Positions 49,735 to 61,892 of a DNA stretch of 64,000 nt are shown here, piece after piece (within the stretch, counting starts at the first letter, position 1; each line of letters begins with the position of its first letter). Made by a program: the position numbers and the translations under genes. The notes below the pieces were generated by a model. That model saw only the letters and a program-made list of their open reading frames with translations. It had not been told where the DNA came from and did no database searches. Origin of the DNA: Schmidtea polychroa (lineage: Eukaryota); assembly GCA_044892525.1 (NCBI GenBank), contig CM097887.1:106432397-106496396 (forward strand), in the 5' to 3' direction.

Positions 49735-50886
49735 AATTGCATATATACCTGAACATCCGGCTACAAAAATACCAAAGCTTGTAAATCTACCCCAGATTTT
49801 TCGTATTACATTTTACTATTAAAAAATTAAAATTTAAAATAGTATAATTTATAAATCCACAGACTAGACATTTGTGGTCGTGAGTGGGCGCGACTGTTCA
49901 CAAAGTAGATGGAGACGTGCCGGCAAAAATTTTGTGTAAAATTAAAAAAATGAAAATAAAAGAAGCATTTATTTAAAGTTTTTTGCAAGAATTTAAGCTT
50001 ATTCGAATGAATAATCTTTTATAAAATCTAGGCATTAATCTGTAAATCATATCGAGAAATCAGAAAAAATAGTTTATTAAAAAATGAATAATATAATTAA
50101 GCCATTTTATTTTTCAAAATCTCTAAAACTCCTTCTGCATTTATTCTGTTTTTATCATCGTAATCAAATATTGCTGACAACAACTCTGCAAAAAAGCAAT
50201 TTTTAATAATTTCTGATAACTTATTTTCTCCTTCTGGATCGTTTTTTAAAGAATTTGTTGATTTATCTATTAGGGGAACTCCGATTAATTTGAAAATAGC
50301 TTTAATGGAATCTTCTTTAAATAACGGCTCTTGGAGAATCATAAACGCAATAACGCATCCCGCACTCCATACATCAATGGCTGTCCCGTAACTCTTATTT
50401 GCGCAAAGCAATTCTGGAGCCCTATAAAATCTGATTTAATTTAATAAACTATTATAAATAACAAAATATTCATACTTGGTGCCGATTGAAGTTATATTCA
50501 AACAATCAGGCTTCATTTGGCGCATATGGAAAAAGTTTGAAATCTTTAATCTTAATTCTGCCATATCAACGAAAATGTCTTTTGGATTGATATTGCAGTG
50601 GGCGATATTCAAATTATGCAAGTATTGCAGTCCGGACATCAATTGTCCGGATAATATTTTCATGTGATTGTCTTCTAATTTCAGGTCTTTCAACTTGAAT
50701 CTTTCAATCATACTCAATAAATTTTCAGGCATATATTCAAATAGGATGAGCATCACTTTTGGCGATGGAACCGCATATTTCATCGAAATTAGATTTGGAT
50801 TACAAAGTAATCCCAGGGATTTCAGTTTGTTAAATTCAGTTGATTTAACAATCATTACATTCATATTAGTTGGAAGTAATCCTATT
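48797..50886 (-). repeat. Left arm of a 2090-bp near-perfect inverted repeat (partner 53583-55672)
   Basis: Identical kinase and gag-protease ORF translations on opposite strands; breakpoints located by eye. Confidence 0.95.
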
Positions 50887-51074
50887 AGTGAACTCGTCGT
50901 CCTATTTTCTTTGATTTGACAGTTGGTAAAGTTAATATTGAAATTCCCAATGTTTATCAGAACCTCTTTCATAGTAGGTAATAATAATAAAGCCTTTTTT
51001 GTTTTAAAGTGGTCTGGTTCGTATTGACTAAAACAGTAGCTTTGAACAGATTTGGTATCCATATCACCTGTCAT
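50097..51074 (-). CDS. GSK3/CMGC-like pseudokinase, 310 aa spliced; exons 51074-50476 and 50430-50097
   Basis: 45-nt GT-AG intron joins SIGTK|FYRAPELL; LFEYMPENL, QLMSGLQYLH, IDVWSAGCV; HRD replaced by HCN and DFG by NFF. Confidence 0.8.
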
Positions 51075-52765
51075 TTTATAGGTTTACAAATGTTATTAAA
51101 AGACATTTTTTATTTTTAAACGAATTTTTTGAAAATTTTTTGAAATTTGTTTTTTAAAAAAATTTTTAACTGAAATTTTTTAAATCAAAAAAAATTATAA
51201 ATTTCAATTTAGAAAATGGATTTGTAATTTAATCTCCAATATTAGTGACAATTGTAATTTGAAATAATTTTACAATTTGATAATTGATATTTAATTATAT
51301 CAATTTCTATTTTAAATTTTGTAAAATTCAATTTATACTATCATTTTTTTTTGAAATTTAATGAGGTAAAAAATGGATTTTTTTATTTTTTATTGGTTTA
51401 AAAATAAGTTCATTAAAATTTAAAATAGTATAATTTATTTGAATATTAAAATATCGGAACCAATAAATATATTGCCAGTAAAATATTTTATCTTTTTCAT
51501 CATTGATTTATTACTAAAGGAAGATTTATATCCTTATCAATTTTATTTATTATTTTTGTAGATCATTGGTCAATATTTTTTTATTTAAAATAAGCATTTG
51601 TGCTGAAAACTTGTGTTAAAATATTATTGGTCCATAATCTGATTGATATTAAATATTTATTTGTACCTACCTAAATTTTATATTTATTTATTCGTTATAG
51701 ATGTTAGAGTCGAAGCATAAATTTAGACAATATATATATTCTCTAAAATACATAAATATCATTCTAGTATGCCATGTTGCGATACTGAATATTTTAGCTA
51801 GATATATTATGAGTCACCTTTTGAGGGACGGTTTTTTAGGATATATAGATTATATAATTCCCGCCGAAGTACGCGGAGCGTATCAAAAGATAAAGAATGG
51901 ATGTAAAATGTTCCAAATGATCCGATTCGAATTGTGCATCCTGGTCAGTCATCATGGAGGTTGGAATTCCATAACGTGAGAACCAGGTGGATACTAAAGC
52001 TTATGCGACCGTCTGAGCGGTAATGTCAGGGATAAGAACGGCCTCAAACCAGCGTGTTTTCCGATCAATCGTATATTCAAGTTAAAAAATGTAATTCATA
52101 ATTCATAATTTTTCCTAAAAAAGACCCCTTAAACCGTATATTGACCCAATATCATGCTAATAGTCTTAATCTAAATCATCAATAAACGCATAATCAAATC
52201 AAAAATAGAATTTGTAAATTTTATAACTGACCCCCTCAAAATCATATAGTCATCAACTATTACTTAAATATACTAAACTAGACTATCTTAATACATATTT
52301 AACTTGTAAATATAAAATTTATAAATTTTCTAATTTACCCCCCTATTAATCATATAGCCACCGACTATTAGACCAATCAAAATCGAGTGGTCATATTTTA
52401 TTAAATCTAATTTAAATTAATTGTTTATTGTTCATTTTGTCTTTCTATTTTAGTTTTTCATGTTACTATTTTTAATTTTTTAAATATTTTATTAAATTGG
52501 TAACTTTGTGCTATTTTCTACTTTTATCTATATTCTGCTATTTCCTCATTCTTTTAATTCCATTTCAATCCTATGTTTTATTCTCCTTACTTATCTCGTT
52601 GTTGCCTTTATTTTATATTTATTTTTAAATTATTTTTGATTTTTAAAGCACTTTTGTTGTTACTTATTGTTATTCTCTTTTCATTTACTTACGCTATTTT
52701 ATTTTTTTTGTTTTAACCTTACTTCTAAGCCCAACAAGAGTATTAACATGTAATTTCAACTGTTT

Positions 52766-53059
52766 TTAAGGAACCTTTGCCAGTTCTGACACCAATTGTG
52801 GAGACATACAACTGATTCGAATAAAGATTTTATTCAAAAGAACATTGAAATAAATAATTGATATATCTACTCCAATAGTCAATGTACCAACGAAAGCACC
52901 GATACTTGATCTGGCGATTGTATGGAGATTGTTGAAGATCTTGACCATCATCAGAGAGATCATAGCTAATAAAACAAAGGCTTCAGTTTCTTGAATGCCT
53001 GGCATATTTGCTTTATTGATTCTGACGAGATTTAATGATTTGGAAGTTGAATGTTTCAT
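52766..53059 (-). CDS. Hypothetical hydrophobic protein, 97 aa, in the spacer of the inverted repeat
   Basis: ORF track; 2-3 hydrophobic stretches; locally higher GC. Confidence 0.25.
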   Translation of the reverse strand: MKHSTSKSLNLVRINKANMPGIQETEAFVLLAMISLMMVKIFNNLHTIARSSIGAFVGTLTIGVDISIIYFNVLLNKIFIRISCMSPQLVSELAKVP

Positions 53060-53582
53060 TGTTTTTTATATTGAATTTAATTTTGGAAAAAAAGTGAAGA
53101 TTATTTAAACAATGATTTTAATTTAATTAATTTAATAATATATTTTAAATTCAATTATTAAATTGATAAAAGTTGCAGTCAGAGGCACTATAGAGTTCAA
53201 TTAATTAATTAAAATATAATAAAAATAATAATAGTAATAATAATAATAATAATTCAACTAACAACCGAATACTTAAAACACATAAAAATGTTGGGCTAGA
53301 ACCGAAGGTTGAGAGTTTGTTTTAATGGATAGAAAATACATAACATAAAAACCGCATCAAGTTGAATTAAAATCTATAATCATACGTCAAATAATACAAA
53401 ATAAATTATACAACATATTGAGGATAAATAAAACACGTATAATAAAATAAAGAAACGCAAGAAGTTGCAATCACCAACACAGTTTAGAGAAAAATAACGC
53501 ATTCTCAAAATCTGCCCACTAGAAAAAATAAAAGATTAATAAATAAATTAATAATTGATAATAAATTAATTAATAATACGAA

Positions 53583-54372
53583 AATAGGATTACTTCCAAC
53601 AAATATGAATGTAATGATTGTTAAATCAACTGAATTTAACAAACTGAAATCCCTGGGATTACTTTGTAATCCAAATCTAATTTCGATGAAATATGCGGTT
53701 CCATCGCCAAAAGTGATGCTCATCCTATTTGAATATATGCCTGAAAATTTATTGAGTATGATTGAAAGATTCAAGTTGAAAGACCTGAAATTAGAAGACA
53801 ATCACATGAAAATATTATCCGGACAATTGATGTCCGGACTGCAATACTTGCATAATTTGAATATCGCCCACTGCAATATCAATCCAAAAGACATTTTCGT
53901 TGATATGGCAGAATTAAGATTAAAGATTTCAAACTTTTTCCATATGCGCCAAATGAAGCCTGATTGTTTGAATATAACTTCAATCGGCACCAAGTATGAA
54001 TATTTTGTTATTTATAATAGTTTATTAAATTAAATCAGATTTTATAGGGCTCCAGAATTGCTTTGCGCAAACAAGAGTTACGGGACAGCCATTGATGTAT
54101 GGAGTGCGGGATGCGTTATTGCGTTTATGATTCTCCAAGAGCCGTTATTTAAAGAAGATTCCATTAAAGCTATTTTCAAATTAATCGGAGTTCCCCTAAT
54201 AGATAAATCAACAAATTCTTTAAAAAACGATCCAGAAGGAGAAAATAAGTTATCAGAAATTATTAAAAATTGCTTTTTTGCAGAGTTGTTGTCAGCAATA
54301 TTTGATTACGATGATAAAAACAGAATAAATGCAGAAGGAGTTTTAGAGATTTTGAAAAATAAAATGGCTTAA
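53583..54372 (+). pseudogene. 5'-truncated second copy of the pseudokinase (intron 53994-54038)
   Basis: Matches the minus copy from IGLLPTNM onward; the first ~63 codons are missing. Confidence 0.85.
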
Positions 54373-54734
54373 TTATATTATTCATTTTTTAATAAACTAT
54401 TTTTTCTGATTTCTCGATATGATTTACAGATTAATGCCTAGATTTTATAAAAGATTATTCATTCGAATAAGCTTAAATTCTTGCAAAAAACTTTAAATAA
54501 ATGCTTCTTTTATTTTCATTTTTTTAATTTTACACAAAATTTTTGCCGGCACGTCTCCATCTACTTTGTGAACAGTCGCGCCCACTCACGACCACAAATG
54601 TCTAGTCTATGGATTTATAAATTATACTATTTTAAATTTTAATTTTTTAATAGTAAAATGTAATACGAAAAATCTGGGGTAGATTTACAAGCTTTGGTAT
54701 TTTTGTAGCCGGATGTTCAGGTATATATGCAATT

Positions 54735-56965
54735 GTGATGATATTGAAAATAATCATATCGCAATTATTTTCCACCTATAGTATCTTCAAGATCGGGGGA
54801 TGGTCGTGGAAGTTGCTACTAGGAATGTGTCCAGTTTGTGCAGATTTTGCAGTATTTCATCATCATAATAAAGAGATTAAGATAATGAAGAGACAAACTA
54901 TAAAGAAACATCAGTTAATAATGTATGAACCTAGTCATCGAGACGATGACAATTCTGACGAGAGAGGTAACCTAGAGGCCTATGAGACCTCAGACAACAC
55001 CTCAATAAAACCAGACAACAAAAAGCCGAAATTTCAAAATTTTGAAAATAGTACTTTACAACAGTACCCTGTTAAAGCAAAAAGGAGGAAACGGCAGGAA
55101 TGGCCTGTGAATTATTTGTCACCATACGAGGGTAGAAAAAAGATAATACCAGAACGAGTTGAAGAAGAAATGCTAAAGAGGTTCGAGTTTAGAACAAATA
55201 CAGATATACTACCATCTACCTCATACCCAACGTATCAGATGAATTTCGAGACAATGCCACCCTTGGGTACATCAGTATTGGAGATGGTACCGAAATATCC
55301 ATTTAGCACGCTGGAACGGCTAAAGGAGGAGTATAAAGATGAAATAAAATCGGAAAATGACAAAGATAGTGATGATCAACAAAAGTTCAGAGATAACATT
55401 AGAGGAATCTCAACAATATTAATGGTCAATATGGGTAAAAAGACTCATAAACCTACGATCAAATTAAAAGTTAACAGGCATACGGTACATGCCATTATTG
55501 ATTCAGGATCAGATTTGACATTGATCGAAGCAAATTTATTAAATGAAAAAGAATTACAAGCAATAGTGCCGACATTAACTGTTGCATCGGGAGCAAACGG
55601 ACAACCTATCAATGTTATCGGAACATTAGACTGTGAATTAAGGTTGTGTGATCAAAAATTTAGACACGATATCAAGGTCACTAGACAATGTATGGCAGAA
55701 TGTATCGTGGGAATGGATAAATTGAAAAAGTTAAAAGATATTGTATTCGATTGTGCAACAGGTGAACTAGTGAAAATGACGGGTAGAAAGCGGAAAACCT
55801 ACAGTGTGGATGTAGTGTTTTTGGATAGAACGGTGACAATACCACCGAGGACCGAAACAGTTTGTTTTGTGGCAACACACCAAGAGGTGTAAGGAGATGT
55901 TATTTTCGAACCGAGTGAGCAGACTTTTTCCAGACTTTAAAAGACAATTCATGGTGATGACCGATGCATGCACAAGAGGTATAGGTGCGGTTTTGGGACA
56001 GAAAGACGAAATTGGCGATGAATACGCAGTAGCTTATGCAAGTCGTGGATTGAAGCCACACGAAAAAAGTTATGCTGTAATAGAATTGGAAGCATTAGGA
56101 TTAGTATTTGCAGTGGAAAAATTTAGTCATTACCTATGGGGCCGAAAGGTAATTTTCTATACAGATCATAGACCATTGCAATGGCTGTTAAAACATAGAG
56201 ACGAAGCATCAAAGTTAGTATGATGGGCATTGAGATTACAGCCATATAATATCGAAATTGTATATCGTAAAGGTAAAGCTAATGGTAATACAGATGCATT
56301 ATCATGAATGGAGCAAGAGCCCGAATTAGAAGATATAAAGGAATTAGAAGGGACAATCTTCATGCTAACAAGAGAGGCTAACACTTTGAGCGATTTAGTA
56401 GAAGCACAGAAAAATGATGATGAAATCAATAAGATCAGACAAGCTATAGAAGCAAAGGCCATATCAAATGAACTTCAGAAATATTGGAGAAACATAAAGA
56501 TAAATTCATATTGGAAGAAGGTCGAATTAAATACGTGGAATCAAGAGATAATGTAATATTAGTGCCCAAGAAATACAGAGAATCACTATTATTACAATAC
56601 CACGATGGAGCACTGGGAGGATATCTCTCAGCTAGCATACACTGTCAAGATTAAAAATGAAATAATTCTGGCCAGATATAAAAGATGATGTTAAAAAGTG
56701 GTGTCAATCATGTAAGATATGTATAACCAGAAGGAACACAGGCAGGAAACCACATGTCCCATTAAAACCAATGTCAGTACCGTCCTCGCCAATGGAGATG
56801 ACTGCTATGGACGTACTAAGGCCCTTTAAAGAATCAAAGATGGGAAATAAATTTATCATAGTATTTTGCGACTACTTAACGAAGTGGCCCGAAGCATTCC
56901 CAATTCCGAATCATAAGGCAGACACAATTGCCAGAATCTTTGTAGAACAAATTGTATTTAGATAT
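54735..56965 (+). mobile_element. Ty3/Gypsy pol derivative lacking RT: protease, RNase H, partial integrase
   Basis: IIDSGSD (protease); at ~55915 jumps to PDFKRQFMVMTDAC..AYASRGLKPHEKSY..YTDHRPL (RNase H); YHDG..FWPDIKDDVKKWCQSCKIC, AMDVLRP, FCDYLTKWPEAFP (integrase N-half); stops present. Confidence 0.9.
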
Positions 56966-57332
56966 GCTTACCGACAGAGAAAGGCTAGATTAGTGAGTAT
57001 TCCTGGTTGTAAAGGAATAAAGGCTTTGGATTGGTTTAGTATCAGAAAGGTAGCGAGTGTAAACCAGCCCCGCATAAATAAATTAATTAATAATTGTAGA
57101 GTTCAAAATACGTTAAACGGGACAACGAGAGATAAAACCTCAACTTGGTTATTCTTAATCATGATAGGGGGAGTAATTTGCATGATTTTAATTTTGATAT
57201 TAACCACCCTATGGATGCTTAGATTAAATATGCGGGATATTCGTTATTGGGAAATTATTTACGAAACCGAGGTATAGGGGGAAAGTCTCACCATATACTA
57301 GGAAGTGTAAATATATATTTTATCTATTTTAT

Positions 57333-59011
57333 ATGTTATTTATATTAGTATGTAAACTAATGTGGGCTCAAATGAGCATCGGTAAAATCAGACATCAGCG
57401 TATGTCGACTTTGGTTACCCTGCGAGGGTCTATCACGAAAGTGATAAAAGCTGTTAATTATTTTATTTTTAGAAAAATGAATTATAACAGAGAACCAAAA
57501 CCACCAGTCAAAGCAAATCGACGACACCCATTGGCAACGTACAATTCCCAGACTCGAGTTGAAACTGAAGTATATAGTACATACAAAGAAGAGTACGTAT
57601 ACAGGTTCATCGGAACTACGGTCGCAGCAAAAATGAATCACCTCACCTCAAACTATTGGTATTATCCCAGGAGAGTGGATATTCCAAACGATTTCAAATT
57701 CGCAGGAGGGCCTCGAAAGCAAATGATGATAACGGTTATAAATAACCAAGGTAGATTAAAATTGGCGGAACTATGTAGAGATTATGGTTCATGTCCGAAA
57801 TTGGAAAACATTTGGATCCATGCGATCAATAGGCCATTCACTGTGTTTATGGCGGGATTAGAGTTACCTGTTGAATTAGAAAAACAGTGTACCCTGGAGA
57901 TATACCACGCTGATGGACGAGAACGGAATATTATGATCCAGGCAGCAGCAGTTGATACCATAATCGCAGTAGAAATCTTGGATTTCAGGAAGCCATACTC
58001 TATAGTTAGCAAAAACGAGCCAACTTGGATTTACAATGTAAATAAAGTTGATATACAGCAGTGTAAATCATTTGTGAGGAAGAAGTTAACCAAAGCCGAG
58101 GAGGACGAGGCTACAATTTTCATATCGGCAGGTTTTGCCAAATCCCGAATCGAACTGAAGGAGACAATTATCCAAATCGCAATTATGGATATGAGGGGAA
58201 ATAATTTATTGAGTGCGGTAGTGACTCCCAGAGACCCTGTAAAACACTACCAAACGCACCAATACAAGTTAAAGGAACCTGATATTAGAGGAAACCTCGA
58301 CGAAGATGATTGTTATCCTCTGATAAGATCTGCGATAAGAAAATACTTGTAGGTATTTTGCTTAAAGATCTGATCTCGGTAGCCAATCTACCAGTGCAGC
58401 GGATACTGAGTATTCGTGACCTTTCTGCAAATAAACTATTGGAAACCAGAGGAGTCCCAATGATTCATGGTCATTACAGATTGGGATTCCCGACGAAAAC
58501 TTTCCTGCGTACGGTTCCCGGAGAACCAAGGAATTTAGTGGTCACCAATGAGGCACTGGCGATACGTGCGGTTTATTTACATCTCAGAAACGAATGGTTA
58601 GACCATATCACGAAACCCCAGGAGGAATTCATTTCCGTAACTACAGCAGCGATAGTTGAGCAGGAAATGACGCAAAAGAAGAGATTACCCGAGCAACCAT
58701 CTACATCAGGGCAACCCAAGCCTAAGAGAAAATCACCTGTGGACTTACCACCGCCTCCAGCTATATCTATTGGAGAAGAAGATGAATATGAAACATGCGT
58801 TAGCGAAACGGAGACAGCAAAATCACCCAAACAATCATCGGGAGCTGCCTATCAGCCAAAGGATAAATCGGAAAATGCGGTCAGAAAAGAAAATCCAGAA
58901 GGAGGCAAGGTGAAAAAGATGTTAAAGAAAATATTACCCATAAAAAGACAATTTTTTCAAATTTGTCAGACTTCCCGCCAACGGAAATTCTTCAACGATG
59001 TCTTATTTTAA
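57333..59011 (+). pseudogene. Accessory ORF with a DEDDh (REX4/ISG20-like) exonuclease-fold region, split by a 1-nt frameshift near 58340; copy 1
   Basis: QIAIMDMRGNNLLSAVVTPRDPVKHYQT..IRSAI / KILVGILLKDL..IRDLS..EALAIRAVY; acidic catalytic motifs not found. Confidence 0.6.
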
Positions 59012-59690
59012 AGCTCATTGCAATACCTTTCGAATGTGGTATAGAAATCCATATTATCAATATTATTGGTAAAGATATTATTTTTTCAAAATATTATTTT
59101 TTCAAGGTCATTTATATTTTCAAGGTCATTTATATTTTCAAGGTCATTCATATTTTCAAGGTCATATTTTAAAATTTAAATTTTTAGAGTTCCCACCAAT
59201 GGAATTTATTGGCCGATGGCTAATTTTGAAGCCCACTGCAATACCTTTCGAATGACGTATAGATATTCATATTATCATTATTATTAATAAAGATATTATT
59301 TTTTCAAAATATTATTTTTCAAGGTCGTTTATTTTTTCAAGGTTCAAAATCTGTTCAAAGCTACTGTTTTAGTCAATACGAACCAGATGAAATAATCGGT
59401 TCCATCGCCAAAAGTGATGCTCATCCTATTTGAATATATGCCTGAAAGATTGAAAGATTCAAGTTGAAAGACCTGAAATTAGAAGACAATCACAAGAAAA
59501 TATTATCCGGACAATTGATGTCCGGACTGCAATACTTGCATAATTTGAATATCGCCCACTGCAATATCAATCCAAAAGACATTTTCGATGATATGGCAGA
59601 ATTAAGATTAAAGATTTCAAACTTTGGAGGACGAATAATAAAATTGCGCTTATCGTCATATTAGAAAATGACCAGCGAGTCGAGAGATTA

Positions 59691-60158
59691 GTGCTCAACC
59701 ATGCTTATCTAAGTAGAAGATGGACAATCAAACCAGATACCGTGACAAAGGCGAACATTTCGTATTTGGAATTTACGGAGAGAACCGGTTGGTATACAAT
59801 ATATCAAGAAATAGTAAATCTAATACCTCCCACAAAAGGAGAACTAACTGGCAAAGAAGGAAAGGCTAGATTAGTGAGTATTCCTGGTTGTAAAGGAATA
59901 AAGGCTTTGGATTGGTTTAGTATCAGAAAGGTAGCGAGTGTAAACCAGCCCCGCATAAATAAATTAATTAATAATTGTAGAGTTCAAAATACGTTAAACG
60001 GGACAACGAGAGATAAAACCTCAACTTGGTTATTCTTAATCATGATAGGGGGAGTAATTTGCATGATTTTAATTTTGATATTAACCACCCTATGGATGCT
60101 TAGATTAAATATGCGGGATATTCGTTATTGGGAAATTATTTACGAAACCGAGGTATAG
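59691..60158 (+). CDS. TM-anchored protein fragment (155 aa); further copies at 62572-63039 and, partially, 56980-57277
   Basis: C-terminal hydrophobic helix WLFLIMIGGVICMILILILTTLWML with a short tail; NIS and NGT sequons. Confidence 0.5.
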   Translation: MLNHAYLSRRWTIKPDTVTKANISYLEFTERTGWYTIYQEIVNLIPPTKGELTGKEGKARLVSIPGCKGIKALDWFSIRKVASVNQPRINKLINNCRVQNTLNGTTRDKTSTWLFLIMIGGVICMILILILTTLWMLRLNMRDIRYWEIIYETEV

Positions 60159-60213
60159 GGGGAAAGTCTCACCATATACTAGGAAGTGTAAATATATATT
60201 TTATCTATTTTAT

Positions 60214-61892
60214 ATGTTATTTATATTAGTATGTAAACTAATGTGGGCTCAAATGAGCATCGGTAAAATCAGACATCAGCGTATGTCGACTTTGGTTACC
60301 CTGCGAGGGTCTATCACGAAAGTGATAAAAGCTGTTAATTATTTTATTTTTAGAAAAATGAATTATAACAGAGAACCAAAACCACCAGTCAAAGCAAATC
60401 GACGACACCCATTGGCAACGTACAATTCCCAGACTCGAGTTGAAACTGAAGTATATAGTACATACAAAGAAGAGTACGTATACAGGTTCATCGGAACTAC
60501 GGTCGCAGCAAAAATGAATCACCTCACCTCAAACTATTGGTATTATCCCAGGAGAGTGGATATTCCAAACGATTTCAAATTCGCAGGAGGGCCTCGAAAG
60601 CAAATGATGATAACGGTTATAAATAACCAAGGTAGATTAAAATTGGCGGAACTATGTAGAGATTATGGTTCATGTCCGAAATTGGAAAACATTTGGATCC
60701 ATGCGATCAATAGGCCATTCACTGTGTTTATGGCGGGATTAGAGTTACCTGTTGAATTAGAAAAACAGTGTACCCTGGAGATATACCACGCTGATGGACG
60801 AGAACGGAATATTATGATCCAGGCAGCAGCAGTTGATACCATAATCGCAGTAGAAATCTTGGATTTCAGGAAGCCATACTCTATAGTTAGCAAAAACGAG
60901 CCAACTTGGATTTACAATGTAAATAAAGTTGATATACAGCAGTGTAAATCATTTGTGAGGAAGAAGTTAACCAAAGCCGAGGAGGACGAGGCTACAATTT
61001 TCATATCGGCAGGTTTTGCCAAATCCCGAATCGAACTGAAGGAGACAATTATCCAAATCGCAATTATGGATATGAGGGGAAATAATTTATTGAGTGCGGT
61101 AGTGACTCCCAGAGACCCTGTAAAACACTACCAAACGCACCAATACAAGTTAAAGGAACCTGATATTAGAGGAAACCTCGACGAAGATGATTGTTATCCT
61201 CTGATAAGATCTGCGATAAGAAAATACTTGTAGGTATTTTGCTTAAAGATCTGATCTCGGTAGCCAATCTACCAGTGCAGCGGATACTGAGTATTCGTGA
61301 CCTTTCTGCAAATAAACTATTGGAAACCAGAGGAGTCCCAATGATTCATGGTCATTACAGATTGGGATTCCCGACGAAAACTTTCCTGCGTACGGTTCCC
61401 GGAGAACCAAGGAATTTAGTGGTCACCAATGAGGCACTGGCGATACGTGCGGTTTATTTACATCTCAGAAACGAATGGTTAGACCATATCACGAAACCCC
61501 AGGAGGAATTCATTTCCGTAACTACAGCAGCGATAGTTGAGCAGGAAATGACGCAAAAGAAGAGATTACCCGAGCAACCATCTACATCAGGGCAACCCAA
61601 GCCTAAGAGAAAATCACCTGTGGACTTACCACCGCCTCCAGCTATATCTATTGGAGAAGAAGATGAATATGAAACATGCGTTAGCGAAACGGAGACAGCA
61701 AAATCACCCAAACAATCATCGGGAGCTGCCTATCAGCCAAAGGATAAATCGGAAAATGCGGTCAGAAAAGAAAATCCAGAAGGAGGCAAGGTGAAAAAGA
61801 TGTTAAAGAAAATATTACCCATAAAAAGACAATTTTTTCAAATTTGTCAGACTTCCCGCCAACGGAAATTCTTCAACGATGTCTTATTTTAA
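60214..61892 (+). pseudogene. Exonuclease-fold accessory ORF, copy 2 (same frameshift); copy 3 starts ~63095 and runs off the window
   Basis: Identical translation to copy 1. Confidence 0.6.

Noticed and set aside
51701-52080. Coding-like GC-richer patch in the inverted-repeat spacer
   Set aside because: Broken frames and no recognisable motif; cannot be assigned.
50097-54372. Functional host GSK3 gene
   Set aside because: Catalytic HRD and DFG motifs and the Gly-rich loop are absent, and the gene sits in rearranged repeat DNA.
58325-58352. Programmed -1 ribosomal frameshift between the two accessory ORFs
   Set aside because: No canonical X XXY YYZ slippery heptamer or clear downstream structure; a single-base loss before duplication is simpler.
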